Below are positions 54,208 to 64,000 of a stretch of DNA of 64,000 bases, piece after piece; within the stretch, counting starts at the first letter, position 1; each line of letters opens with the position of its first letter. Position numbers and translations under genes: made by a program. Origin of the DNA: an uncultured Nitrospiraceae bacterium. Its GTDB lineage: Bacteria > Nitrospirota > Thermodesulfovibrionia > Thermodesulfovibrionales > Dissulfurispiraceae. The DNA lies in the NCBI GenBank assembly GCA_963727805.1, contig CAVSHF010000003.1, forward strand, positions 1,856,001 to 1,920,000, given 5' to 3'. The notes under the pieces are model-generated. The model worked only from the letters and a program-made list of their open reading frames with translations. It ran no database searches and was not told the origin of the DNA.

Positions 54208-55587
54208 TTATGATAAGTTATATGCCTTTTCACCGTGCTGTGTTTCATCAAGACCGGTAACTTCTTCCTCAAGATCAACCCTGATGCCGACGATCGCTTT
54301 GATGACCATGAAAATAACGAAGGTCGTGACGGCGGTATATGCTATAGTTGTCCCGACGGCAATCAACTGTGTCATAAACTGGCCGGGATTACCGTAAAGA
54401 AGGCCCTTGCCAGCATCATTGATTGCGGGGTCCGCAAAGATTCCTGTAAGAAGCGCACCCAGTGTACCTCCGACTCCGTGAACACCAAAAGCATCGAGGG
54501 CGTCATCATAGCCAAGCCTCGGCTTAAGAAACGCGACGGCAAGGTAAGGGATTACTCCTGCTGCCAGACCGATAACTATTGCCCCGGTAATATTCACAAA
54601 ACCGGCAGCCGGGGTTATTGCAACGAGTCCTGCAACTGCGCCAGAGGCAAGGCCGAGGACAGTAGGCTTCTTGGCATGCATCCATTCAGTAACCATCCAC
54701 GCCACTGTTGCTACTGCCGTTGCCGTGTTTGTATTGATAAATGCTGCCCCCGCCAGGCCGTTGGCCGCCAAGGCAGAGCCGGCATTAAACCCGAACCATC
54801 CAAACCATAGGAGTCCCGCGCCGATCACTACAAAAGGAAGATTGTTCGGTTTGTACGTTGGATCTTTCCTCTTTCCAAGCATGATCGCGCCGACCAGACC
54901 CGCTACACCGGCATTAATATGAACGACTGTACCGCCCGCGAAATCAAGGGCACCGAGTTGGGCGAGGAATCCGTTGCCCCAAACCCAATGTGCTATCGGC
55001 AGATAGGTAAAGGTAAGCCAGAGTATTGAGAAAAGCACCCACGCCGAGAACTTCATTCTTTCAACATATGAACCGCTTGCCAGCGCAACAGTGATCGCGG
55101 CAAAGGTCAGCTGATATACTATAAATATAAATTCGGGGATTGTCTTTGCTGCGTCGGATATGCTATTGGTGCCGACACCCGAAAGGAACAGCTTATCGGC
55201 AGCTCCGATAATTCCGCTCACATCCGTGCTGAAGGCGAAAGTATAACCATAAAGTACCCACAGAACGCTGACGATAGCATAGGTCACAAAGGACATCGCC
55301 AAGGTATTTAATACATTTTTACCCTTTGACATACCACCATAGAATAGAGCGAGTCCTGGCAGCGTCATGAGCATGACAAGAGCTGTTGCAACAATCATCC
55401 ACGCCGTATCACCTGTGTCTATTTTGTTCGGCGCGGGTGCTGGTGCAGTTGCGGCTGCAGCGGGTGCCGCAGAGGCAGCAACTGCCGCGGGAGCCGGCGC
55501 GGTGGCAGGCTTGTCCTCGGCAAAGAGAATAGCCGAGAAGGAGAGGCACAATATACTTATTAGTACGCCTATCAGTAACCTTTTCAT
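54208..55587 (-). CDS. amtB: Ammonium transporter (copy 2)
   Basis: [23 protein letters not shown]; signal peptide with Ala/Pro linker. Confidence 0.97.
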   Translation of the reverse strand: MKRLLIGVLISILCLSFSAILFAEDKPATAPAPAAVAASAAPAAAATAPAPAPNKIDTGDTAWMIVATALVMLMTLPGLALFYGGMSKGKNVLNTLAMSFVTYAIVSVLWVLYGYTFAFSTDVSGIIGAADKLFLSGVGTNSISDAAKTIPEFIFIVYQLTFAAITVALASGSYVERMKFSAWVLFSILWLTFTYLPIAHWVWGNGFLAQLGALDFAGGTVVHINAGVAGLVGAIMLGKRKDPTYKPNNLPFVVIGAGLLWFGWFGFNAGSALAANGLAGAAFINTNTATAVATVAWMVTEWMHAKKPTVLGLASGAVAGLVAITPAAGFVNITGAIVIGLAAGVIPYLAVAFLKPRLGYDDALDAFGVHGVGGTLGALLTGIFADPAINDAGKGLLYGNPGQFMTQLIAVGTTIAYTAVTTFVIFMVIKAIVGIRVDLEEEVTGLDETQHGEKAYNLS

Positions 55588-55611
55588 TTTTGACCTCCGT
55601 GTTTAGTTCTA

Positions 55612-56520
55612 TTAAAAGGACATTGTAAGATTTATACCGTACACAAATGTCTCGTCAAGCTTTCCGTTGGGGTTGTATGAAACACCGTCGACGGTCTTTT
55701 TAGCCTTACTCGAAAGCGGGAACCAATACTGAGTAATCGGCTGCAATACAAAGTTCTTGCCGAGAGGTACACTCAGCCCAGCCTTTACATTGCCGTCATG
55801 AAGGGCGCTGTATTTAGCTCCTGTGTATGCGTTGGTCGAGCTCTGAAAGGTATCCCAATAGTTACTGCTCCCGACGAAATAGCCGAAACCAGCGCCCAGA
55901 TCAACCGTCATGTCGCCCGTAGGCAGTTTAAAGACAGGTATAGACTGGCTGAAGGACAGATTGAAGTAAGTGCCGGGATAGCCATCAACGTCGCGGTTAA
56001 CCGCCAGTGAAGGATGGGATATTATGTCATACGTAGCGCTGACGAAGAGCTCCTGTGTTTGCTTTGCATACGCCGTCCCGTAATATATATATCCTCCGGA
56101 AAGAGCCAGCTTATCAATATTGTAGGTATAGCTGAGAGTGAGGTCGGTCTCATTCCAGCTCTTCTGGCCAACACCCACACCCTTGCCGTTAGCATCGGTA
56201 GTTTTACCGGGAATAAACGACTGGGTCTGGTGCTGGTCGGTGTCGAGGTTGCCCCAAACGGTAGCGGAAAAGCCTTTATAATTTAGAGTTATTGTCGGTT
56301 CTATTACAACGCTCTTTGTGCCGAGCTCATATCCTCTGAATATATATCTGTTGAGAACTGCGACACCTGCACTTCCCGTAACCTTCGCCTCTTCAACCTT
56401 CGGCGCTTCGGCGGCAGTTGCCGGTGACACGGCTGCTGGAGCCGCTTCTTCTGCATGAACATTTGCAGTAAAAAGGAATAAAGCCATTATGATTGGCAAT
56501 GCTAATCTTAGACCCTTCAT
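55612..56520 (-). CDS. TorF/Gcw_chp-like outer membrane beta-barrel
   Basis: Signal peptide, RYIFRG, ETDLTLSY, C-terminal F; upstream of amtB-glnK. Confidence 0.75.
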   Translation of the reverse strand: MKGLRLALPIIMALFLFTANVHAEEAAPAAVSPATAAEAPKVEEAKVTGSAGVAVLNRYIFRGYELGTKSVVIEPTITLNYKGFSATVWGNLDTDQHQTQSFIPGKTTDANGKGVGVGQKSWNETDLTLSYTYNIDKLALSGGYIYYGTAYAKQTQELFVSATYDIISHPSLAVNRDVDGYPGTYFNLSFSQSIPVFKLPTGDMTVDLGAGFGYFVGSSNYWDTFQSSTNAYTGAKYSALHDGNVKAGLSVPLGKNFVLQPITQYWFPLSSKAKKTVDGVSYNPNGKLDETFVYGINLTMSF

Positions 56521-56567
56521 TTTGAAACATCCTCCCTTAATTTTTGGGGGCTTATGCCCGCTCTTTT

Positions 56568-56771
56568 CTAGAGAACCCCGTTGCTCAACTCCCTTGCTTC
56601 CCCTTCTCCCTCCTCCTTTCGTATCTCGTATTTCTTGATCTTGTAGCCGATTATCCTTTCAGTAATGCCGAGCGTTCGCGCCGCCTTCGCCCTTACCCAG
56701 TTGCTCTCCTTGAGTGCCTTTGTGATCTCCTCTTTTTCTATCTCGGTCACCTTCGTCTTGAGCGAACCCAT
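56568..56771 (-). CDS. Stand-alone Fis-type (NifA-like) helix-turn-helix protein
   Basis: EKEEITKALKESNWVRAKAARTLGITERIIGYKIKKY; GAGGAGG RBS; 67 aa. Confidence 0.85.
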   Translation of the reverse strand: MGSLKTKVTEIEKEEITKALKESNWVRAKAARTLGITERIIGYKIKKYEIRKEEGEGEARELSNGVL

Positions 56772-56807
56772 TCAATCCTCCTCTTTCAGTACTACACGTT
56801 ACTCAAT

Positions 56808-56913
56808 AGCCAGAAACATGCCAGAGCATAACTTATTGTTTTTAAGGCATTTTAGAAATATTTTACCGAACAATTTTGTAATATCCAACAAAATTGTAGA
56901 GTACCAATATTGT
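56808..56913 (-). promoter_or_regulatory. sigma54 promoter, IHF-like site and ACA-N4-TGT boxes of the HTH-porin-amtB-glnK operon
   Basis: TGGCAT-GTTTC-TGGCT (56823-56808); AAACAATAAGTTA; boxes at 56870, 56888 and 56904 (last with one mismatch). Confidence 0.75.
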
Positions 56914-57006
56914 CGGAATTAGTTGCAGAAGCTGCTCAGCCTTTGCAGTTGGTTGGATCCGGACCTCTGTTGAAGTATCATATTGAGGGCCGGTATAATA
57001 GTCGAA

Positions 57007-57544
57007 ATGCCCGAAGAGAAAAAAGAGACCTGGATCACCTGGCTTGCCCTTACAACCGCATTTCTCGCCGTCTCTGCAGCAGTGACTACCATAGTATATG
57101 GGAAAGTTTGCCAACCGGGCCATACTCATCCAGGGGCAGGAGACTGACCATTGGGCCTATTACCAGGCAAAAAGCATAAAGGAGCATACTTATGAAATAC
57201 AGTGACAGACGCTCGAACTGGATTTCCTGTCGCAACAGGCGAGGATGCCCGTTGCAGTGATCGAAAAATATAAAAATACCATGGCGGACTACGAAGCCAA
57301 TATCACCCGCTATGACAAGGAAAAGTCCGAAATCAAGGCAGATGCCGAGAAACTGGCCAGACAGAAGGCGCTCTTTCAGAACATGTCTGCCAATTTCAGC
57401 TATAGTCTAATTTTTCTCCAGATCGCCATCGTAATGTCGTCGGTAGCGGCCATTACGAAGAAAAAGCCGCTCTGGTATCTCGGCCTTGCTACTGTGATCG
57501 GATGGATATTTTACTTCTCAAACGCATTTCTGCTCTTTTATTAG
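57007..57544 (+). pseudogene. DUF4337-family membrane protein pseudogene
   Basis: MPEEKKETWITWLALTTAFLAV, frameshift near 57092, then TDHWAYYQAKSIK, TGA at 57203, then RYDKEK..FLQIAI. Confidence 0.8.
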
Positions 57545-57603
57545 ACGCCCTTCCCTTATTTTCAGCACTTTGAAATCGGCACTCTTTCCGATAAACTAGT
57601 CAT

Positions 57604-59214
57604 ATGGAAAAAGAACCGATTAGCGAAGATATAAAGAAAATCCTGCGCGATACTTTAAAACAACTGAAGGAAGAAGTAGTCATTGAGGTGTTCACAGAAA
57701 AGGGGGTGAACGAGGCATTCAATGAGGCCACCGTAAGCCTCGTCAAAGCCCTTGCAGAAATATCACCCCAGATCAAATCTTCGTTCCATGATGTCGGAGA
57801 CGACTTCTCTCGGATGCGGGGGGTTACGAGATCGCCAACGGTACTGTTGACCCCTGATAAATATACTATTCGATACACCGGGTCACCCCTCGGAGAAGAG
57901 GGGCGTTCGTTCATCGTCGCCATTATCATGGTTTCGACGGCAAGTGTCGTGCTGAAAGAAGAATCGCTACAGCGGCTCGGAGATCTTAAAGAAAAACGGG
58001 CCATTCAGATATTTGTAAGCCCGACATGCCCCTACTGCCCCCAAGAGGTCATATACGCCATCTCCGCCGCTGTCGCGAGGAACGACCTGGTGTCGGCCGA
58101 GGTTATTGAGATTTTTGAAAATCAGGACCTTGCCTTGGAAAAGGGGATCGTCTCTGTCCCTCACACATTCATAAACGGAACGCTCACCTCACCGGGAGTC
58201 GAACCCGAGGAACGTTTCATAGAGTCGCTTCTCACCCTGAAAATACCAGAAATCATGCCGGAAGTCATCTCTGACGCACCCATGGAAAGCGACCTAGTTA
58301 TACTGGGTGCCGGACCAGCAGGTATGACAGCAGCGATCTACGCCGAGCGGGCGGGATTGAAGTCCGTCGTCATCGAAAAGGCGAATATCGGAGGACAGAT
58401 TGCGATAACGCCGGTCGTAGAAAATTACCCAGGGTTCACGAAGATCGCCGGCAAATCTCTCGTAGACCTTATCACGCAGCAGGCCCTTCAATACGTGAAT
58501 ATTCACATCTCAGAGGAAATTAGGGAACTGGTCAATAAAGAAGACCGTTTTCATGTTAAGACGAACCGGGCGTACTACATCGCAAGGGGGATTGTCATCG
58601 CTACCGGAGTCAGCAGCAGGGAACTCAATGTGCCGGGGGAAAAGATGTTCTGGGGACGTGGGGTAAGCTATTGCGCCGAGTGTGACGGCTACTTTTTTAA
58701 AGACGGCAAAACAGTCCTGATTGTAGGCGGTGGAAATACTGCTGCCACTGATGCTCTGTATCTCCATACCCTCGGTGCGAAAGTCAGTATGGTCCACCGC
58801 GGGGAACAGCTGAGGGCCGAAAAGAGACTGCAGGATAGTATTTCCAGGGCGGACATACCAGTGATGTGGGATAGCGAGGTCAAGGAGATCACCGGCGACC
58901 GGGTCGTTACAGCAGTAAAGATCAGGGACAACAAAAGTGGCACGATTACCGAAATGCCTGTTGACGGCATCTTCGTCGCCATTGGATACAAGCCCAACAA
59001 CGAGATCGCCAAAACGCTCGGTCTCGAACTCGATGGATACGGTTATATAAAGACCGATAGTGAGCAGAGAACGTCTATGCCGATGGTGTATGCCGCTGGC
59101 GATATAACAGGAGGAGTGAAACAGATCGTTGTCGCTGTCGGACAAGCATCGGTTGCCGCCCTCACCGCCTTCGAGGACCTTTCGGGCCCATACTGGAAGA
59201 ACTCCAAGGTATGA
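57604..59214 (+). CDS. Thioredoxin reductase fused to N-terminal double thioredoxin fold (AhpF-like architecture)
   Basis: CPYC; GAGPAG, ENYPG, GVSYCAECDG, GGGNTA, AAGD. Confidence 0.92.
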   Translation: MEKEPISEDIKKILRDTLKQLKEEVVIEVFTEKGVNEAFNEATVSLVKALAEISPQIKSSFHDVGDDFSRMRGVTRSPTVLLTPDKYTIRYTGSPLGEEGRSFIVAIIMVSTASVVLKEESLQRLGDLKEKRAIQIFVSPTCPYCPQEVIYAISAAVARNDLVSAEVIEIFENQDLALEKGIVSVPHTFINGTLTSPGVEPEERFIESLLTLKIPEIMPEVISDAPMESDLVILGAGPAGMTAAIYAERAGLKSVVIEKANIGGQIAITPVVENYPGFTKIAGKSLVDLITQQALQYVNIHISEEIRELVNKEDRFHVKTNRAYYIARGIVIATGVSSRELNVPGEKMFWGRGVSYCAECDGYFFKDGKTVLIVGGGNTAATDALYLHTLGAKVSMVHRGEQLRAEKRLQDSISRADIPVMWDSEVKEITGDRVVTAVKIRDNKSGTITEMPVDGIFVAIGYKPNNEIAKTLGLELDGYGYIKTDSEQRTSMPMVYAAGDITGGVKQIVVAVGQASVAALTAFEDLSGPYWKNSKV

Positions 59215-59226
59215 TATCCGCGTCTG

Positions 59227-60603
59227 CTATCGCCTGTGCTCCTCAGCTGGGAAAACGACGATGAATTCGCTCCCAGTTCCAAGTTTACTCTTCACATAGA
59301 TTTTTCCGTCATTGGCATTAATGATCCATTGAGTTATGGAAAGTCCCAGTCCGGTCCCGGCCGCACGTGTATGTTCCCTCTCGACACGATAAAATCTGTT
59401 GAATATATGCGGTATTTCCTCTTCCGGTATTCCTATGCCGGTATCGCTTATTGCTACCCGGATTTCGGCATCCTCCTTGCTTGATTTGACAGTCACTCGG
59501 CCGCCGCGGGGGGTATATTTCAGGGCGTTGTCGATCAGGTTTGAAAAAGCCTGCTCAAGGAGATTCATATCTCCGTAAAGTTCAAGGTGGCGGTGCTCAT
59601 ATTGTGAGGTCAGGGTGATGCCGCTTCGGTCCGCTTTGAACTGGGACCGCTCAACTATATTTTCAAGAAATTGATCAAGGTCGAACCTTTGCTTTCTGAG
59701 CTCGAGGATCTGATTATCTACCTTCGTCAGAAAGAGAATATTATCGGTAATCCGCGACAGTCTCACCATATCTGCGAGATTATTCCTTAGCAGCTCCTCA
59801 TACTCTTCTGAGGTCCTCTTCTTCCTGAGCGTCACTTCGGTATTGCCTATAAGGGAGGTAAGCGGAGAGCGGATTTCATGGGCAACATCAGAGGTGAAGC
59901 GCCTGTAGGCCTCAACCGAATTCCGGATACTTTCAATCATGCTGTTGAATATCATCACAAGTCCCGAAATCTCCTTCCCTTGTGCTCCAAGGTCGATCTT
60001 CTCTATGGACTTGTCCTTCATTGCCTCTTCGGCACGTATCCTGAGCTTTACTGCGGGTGCGACGGCAAGGCCCGCCAGAAACCAGCTCATCAGGAAGGAG
60101 ATGCCGATTATGAAGGCCGGGAAGAGAATGGCTAGACGCTTAAGGTCTGTCAGATGCCTTTCGATGTCCTCAAGGGTTACGCCGGTACGCAGCACCTCAT
60201 TCTTACTAGCGGGATAATAAAGGAGTCGAAATTTTTCCCCTTGATAGTTGATTGTGTCGTAAGCCAACTTCCCTTTGAAGGCTGTCTGCAGCTTCTCCTT
60301 GCTGACCGGCCACCGTTGTGCGACACCACTCAAAGAACCAACTATCGCTGTGCCGTTGCGCTGGCTGATTTGATGTAAATCATCACCGTACCGTGTGATA
60401 ATTTCTTGGTCTCTATCGAGATGGTTAGCGTCTATTTTGCCTTCAGCCACCGTCTTCGACGCCCGTATCAACGTCCAGTCGACGGTTTCGTAGAGACGAT
60501 GTTGGTATTCGGTATAAACAGCAAGAATTGAAGCCATAAACAGAACCGAAAAACATACACTAAAAACAAGTGCAAGCCTCATGCGGTGCGTTTTGATGAT
60601 CAT
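59227..60603 (-). CDS. Membrane sensor histidine kinase (CusS/OmpR-partner type), orphan
   Basis: Two TM, DVAHEIRSPL, NLIDNALKY, DTGIGI, FNRFYR, GTGLGL. Confidence 0.92.
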   Translation of the reverse strand: MIIKTHRMRLALVFSVCFSVLFMASILAVYTEYQHRLYETVDWTLIRASKTVAEGKIDANHLDRDQEIITRYGDDLHQISQRNGTAIVGSLSGVAQRWPVSKEKLQTAFKGKLAYDTINYQGEKFRLLYYPASKNEVLRTGVTLEDIERHLTDLKRLAILFPAFIIGISFLMSWFLAGLAVAPAVKLRIRAEEAMKDKSIEKIDLGAQGKEISGLVMIFNSMIESIRNSVEAYRRFTSDVAHEIRSPLTSLIGNTEVTLRKKRTSEEYEELLRNNLADMVRLSRITDNILFLTKVDNQILELRKQRFDLDQFLENIVERSQFKADRSGITLTSQYEHRHLELYGDMNLLEQAFSNLIDNALKYTPRGGRVTVKSSKEDAEIRVAISDTGIGIPEEEIPHIFNRFYRVEREHTRAAGTGLGLSITQWIINANDGKIYVKSKLGTGSEFIVVFPAEEHRR

Positions 60604-60734
60604 GCTGTCTCCCGCTAACAGATTTGTTTATATATATAATGGATACATTTGGTCAGCGTCACGATATATTCTTTATTATAACTTCCAACGGTGGAATTGC
60701 AATCATTGCCTACCGGAATTTATAACGATATACT

Positions 60735-61436
60735 ATGAAGATAAATATGGATAAGCTATCGAGAAAGAGGGCAATCGAACTCGCCGTTACGAATGACCTT
60801 TCGGGATATGATCTTTCGGGGACAGATCTGAGTGTACTCGATTTCAGCGCTGTGCAGCTGAAGGGTTCGCTACTTGATCGGACAAACTTAGGCAAAACTA
60901 TTCTAATAGGGGCCGATCTCTCGTCCTCCAGTTTAGTAAGGGCAAACCTGAGCGTTTCTAATCTCACAAGAGCAATCCTTAAAAAATCGGACCTTACCGA
61001 AGCCGACCTCAATTTTTCAGTCCTTATTGGCGCAAATTTTGACGGCGCAGTACTTGCACGGTCGAATCTTAGCCTCTCTAACCTGTCTTGTTCCCTCCTC
61101 CGTAATGCCGATTTAACGGAGGCGAACCTTCAGCAAGTCGAGGCAAGCGGTGCGGATTTCTCCGGGTCGCGAATGACGAAGGCCAACGCATATGGAGCAA
61201 ATATGGCGGGATCAAATCTGGCAGGTGCAGACATGGAAGGCTGCATACTCACCAAGGCCGACTTGACCTCTGCCGACCTTTCCGGGGCGAATCTGAAAAA
61301 CAGCGAATTGCTCAATGTGAATTTCACAGCCGCCAATCTTACCCATGCTGATCTAAGGGGATCCAAACTTACCGGTTCCACTTTTTCACGCGCTCAGCTC
61401 GAAGGGGCACAAACAGACGAGGCCGTGCACGGATAG
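60735..61436 (+). CDS. Pentapeptide repeat protein
   Basis: Continuous A(D/N)Lxx repeats. Confidence 0.92.
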   Translation: MKINMDKLSRKRAIELAVTNDLSGYDLSGTDLSVLDFSAVQLKGSLLDRTNLGKTILIGADLSSSSLVRANLSVSNLTRAILKKSDLTEADLNFSVLIGANFDGAVLARSNLSLSNLSCSLLRNADLTEANLQQVEASGADFSGSRMTKANAYGANMAGSNLAGADMEGCILTKADLTSADLSGANLKNSELLNVNFTAANLTHADLRGSKLTGSTFSRAQLEGAQTDEAVHG

Positions 61437-61520
61437 CAAGAGCGCTTAATCAAGTTCACAATTCAGCTTGATAATTCATATAAAATAGACTATATCTCAC
61501 TGCGATATCGTGAACTGATA

Positions 61521-61817
61521 ATGATACGAGATTTCTTTCTTGGTTTCATAAAGTTGCACATACTTTATCATGCTTCTAAAGAGCCGATATACGGTCTGTG
61601 GCTGATAGAAGAATTATACCCCCATGGGTACAAGCTGAGTCCGGGCACACTTTATCCAACACTCCATAAGCTTGAAGAAGAGAATCTCTTAAAATCGCAT
61701 ACAGAGAATCATGATGGCAAAATTCGAAAGTATTACAAAACTACCCCGAAAGGCAACAGGACTTTGGAAGAAGCCAAAAAGAAAATAAATACCCTTGTCG
61801 AAGAAACAATGAAGTGA
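61521..61817 (+). CDS. PadR family transcriptional regulator
   Basis: YGLWLIEEL, SPGTLYPTL, RKYY.T.KG. Confidence 0.92.
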   Translation: MIRDFFLGFIKLHILYHASKEPIYGLWLIEELYPHGYKLSPGTLYPTLHKLEEENLLKSHTENHDGKIRKYYKTTPKGNRTLEEAKKKINTLVEETMK

Positions 61818-61949
61818 TTGGCGACTTCCATAATTATATGTAATATCAACTTGTTCGCGATATATCTCACCTGGCAATCGCCTAAAGAAAAATAAGTATT
61901 GAACTTGAAATCGGGCAACTTATTATAGCCTATGAGTACTGAATAACAA

Positions 61950-62822
61950 ATGGGAGCAGGTATGGAATTGAACGGATTGAAAAACCGAAGCACGGACGGA
62001 GGTTATGTAGGGAGACATAGTGTAGCTGGCAGCATTTTAAATCTTAAGAACATCAAGTTATGGATGCTTTTTGTGTCAATATCAATTCTCTGTCCTTCTT
62101 CAGCATGGGCGGGACCGCCTTTTGTTACAGATGACCCTGAACCGGTCGAATACAAGCACGGAGAATTCTATGTTGCCTCGGTAACTAATCACAATACGGA
62201 TGGAACATCGGGGACGTTACCTCATTTTGAATTCAACTATGGTCCATTACCTGACGTTCAGCTGCACTTAATAGCGCCATTCGCGTACAACAAGCCTCGT
62301 CATGAATCGATGAAATGGGGGTATGGCATGACAGAGCTTGGAGTCAAATATCGTTTTGTCCACGAGACTGATGTAATCCCTATGGTCGGTACATTCCCCA
62401 TAGTCGAATTGCCTACTGGCGACAGTACAAAAGGTCTGGGCGAAAGGGGCGTAAAGGTATTTATTCCTATTTGGTTGCAAAAGAGCTTTGGCCCATGGAC
62501 CGTTTATGGAGGAGGCGGCTATTGGAACAATCCCGGGGCTGAAGATAACAAAAATTTCTGGCAAACAGGTCTTGTAGTGATGAGAGAGCTTTGTAAAACA
62601 ATCTCTGTCGGAGCCGAAATATTCAATTTTACGGCTCGCACGAAAGGTGATAAAAATGAGACGGGATTCAACCTTGGTACTGTGATCAATGTGACTGAGG
62701 ATCATCATATATTACTTTCGGCAGGCCGTGATTTCACTGGAACAAACAAGAACACATTTAACATGTATGTTGCATATCAATTGACCTTTGCACCACATGA
62801 GGAGAAAGAAGAAGAGAAATAA
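61950..62822 (+). CDS. Putative outer membrane transporter/porin (phenol MetA-degradation-like)
   Basis: Signal peptide ending AWA, GPPFVTDDPEP, ELGVKYRF, LPTGD; start may be 62064. Confidence 0.7.
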   Translation: MGAGMELNGLKNRSTDGGYVGRHSVAGSILNLKNIKLWMLFVSISILCPSSAWAGPPFVTDDPEPVEYKHGEFYVASVTNHNTDGTSGTLPHFEFNYGPLPDVQLHLIAPFAYNKPRHESMKWGYGMTELGVKYRFVHETDVIPMVGTFPIVELPTGDSTKGLGERGVKVFIPIWLQKSFGPWTVYGGGGYWNNPGAEDNKNFWQTGLVVMRELCKTISVGAEIFNFTARTKGDKNETGFNLGTVINVTEDHHILLSAGRDFTGTNKNTFNMYVAYQLTFAPHEEKEEEK

Positions 62823-62998
62823 AATGCCCTCGTGGCATAAAGCGTAACGGGTACAACCAACGAATCTTTGCCTCTAGAGGCCATTTAGCATTACGGTGGA
62901 TGTGAAAAAAGAAAGGAACACATGCAGCAAATCGGAAGTGGTAGACTGGAATTGCCAGTTTGTATGAATAATGACATCAAATGTAATCGGAGGTACGC

Positions 62999-63499
62999 AT
63001 GTTTCAAAGAGTTGCAGTTATGGTTGTGATCGTCAGCTTGTTTTTGGTTGGAGTTGCCGCGGTCCCGTATGCAGCAGATGATCTTCAGCAACAGATTACC
63101 GATGTGAAAAACGTCCTACCCAAATTCGCAATACCCATGCGTGAAGTCGGCGACAGGTTCCAGAATATGTATTTCGCGGCAAAAGGTGAAAACTGGGGAC
63201 TGGCTTATTATATGTCGAGGTATATGAATGGCGCTATGACCCCCACGAAACTTACAAAACCGGCTGAGTTCCCTGTATGGAAGGCTTTCTACGATGAGAC
63301 ATTTACACCGGTTAACAAAGCCATCTATGCCCAGAATTTCAAGGATTTCGAAAAGGAATACACTGAAGTGATTCAAAAATGCAACGACTGCCACGCCAGC
63401 ATGGGATACGGCTTCATCAAGGTTATCAAAATGGCTGCGCCAGCTGACAACGGAATTACCTATACCGTAAAATCCAAAGCGGAAGACGTTCCAAAATAA
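62999..63499 (+). CDS. Periplasmic monoheme cytochrome c (helical-bundle type)
   Basis: Signal peptide; single C-terminal CNDCH. Confidence 0.8.
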   Translation: MFQRVAVMVVIVSLFLVGVAAVPYAADDLQQQITDVKNVLPKFAIPMREVGDRFQNMYFAAKGENWGLAYYMSRYMNGAMTPTKLTKPAEFPVWKAFYDETFTPVNKAIYAQNFKDFEKEYTEVIQKCNDCHASMGYGFIKVIKMAAPADNGITYTVKSKAEDVPK

Positions 63500-64000
63500 G
63501 GCATAAAAAAGGTTTTTGAATCTAATTTAGGGAGCCGCAAATTTCCCTTGAGAGAGGGGAGTTTATGGTCTTCAATTAGCGAGATATTCGATAAGCACAA
63601 TGCTTTCCGTGCGGCGAATTGATCCACGTTCCAGTCCTCACCTCAGGCATCTCGCCAATATTTGTGATGTGACCTGTCCACTCCTATGGCAATCTCCTTA
63701 TTGCTTGTGGCGTAGCCGCCACTAAACGAAATTGTAAAGAGACGACAATAGCTTCAATCACATGTAATACGATAAAGACGTGAGAAGACTTTAAGTCCCC
63801 GCGGATAATCAAGTTGCAGGAACTCAAAGGCCAAGCCAGAGTTCGGTGGTGAATTGAACAAACTGTTTCTGAAGCTTGGCACAATATGAGAGTACATCCG
63901 TATATTGACATAGGATGCCGCCTGCCAGTACTGCAAATTCAGTGCGTCAGCAGTCAATAAGGTTTCACTGAATTTCAAAAAGGGCGCCTTTGTCTATGCA

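Noticed and set aside
57203..57205. In-frame TGA as a second selenocysteine
   Set aside because: No redox motif, no convincing SECIS, and the gene also has a frameshift.
63500..64000. Short ORFs or riboswitch at the right edge
   Set aside because: No recognisable protein or RNA motif.

Overview
Bacterial chromosomal window of roughly 50% GC. Gene content and order suggest Nitrospirota (Thermodesulfovibrionia-like) or a deltaproteobacterium; this is inference, not a database result. The left ~11 kb is a minus-strand housekeeping run (NYN nuclease, PAP2, DUF167, yicC-remA-gmk-rpoZ-coaBC, TPR protein, M24 peptidase, efp-accB-accC-thiE, response regulator). The rest holds peptidases, orphan histidine kinases, a divergent RpoD-like sigma factor, two aldolases, c-di-GMP proteins (2 GGDEF, 2 PilZ), two nitrogen-assimilation loci (amt / GAT1-glnB-glnA and HTH-porin-amtB-glnK), a sigma54 two-component system with a TSUP/TIGR02186/USP operon, ilvE, cysM, an ArsR-TolC-MFP-RND-DUF2892 efflux operon, a thioredoxin-fold/TrxR fusion and a PadR-porin-cytochrome c group. 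No rRNA, tRNA, CRISPR or intact mobile element was seen. Main signals missed by the ORF track: (1) an apparent sigma54 nitrogen regulon with a shared variant promoter and ACA-N4-TGT boxes, which drives a candidate anti-Shine-Dalgarno sRNA and a stand-alone NifA-type HTH mini-protein; (2) a small dual-CXXC selenoprotein with in-frame UGA and a SECIS-like hairpin; (3) an NYN/YacP nuclease that appears to start at ATT; (4) a DUF4337 pseudogene.
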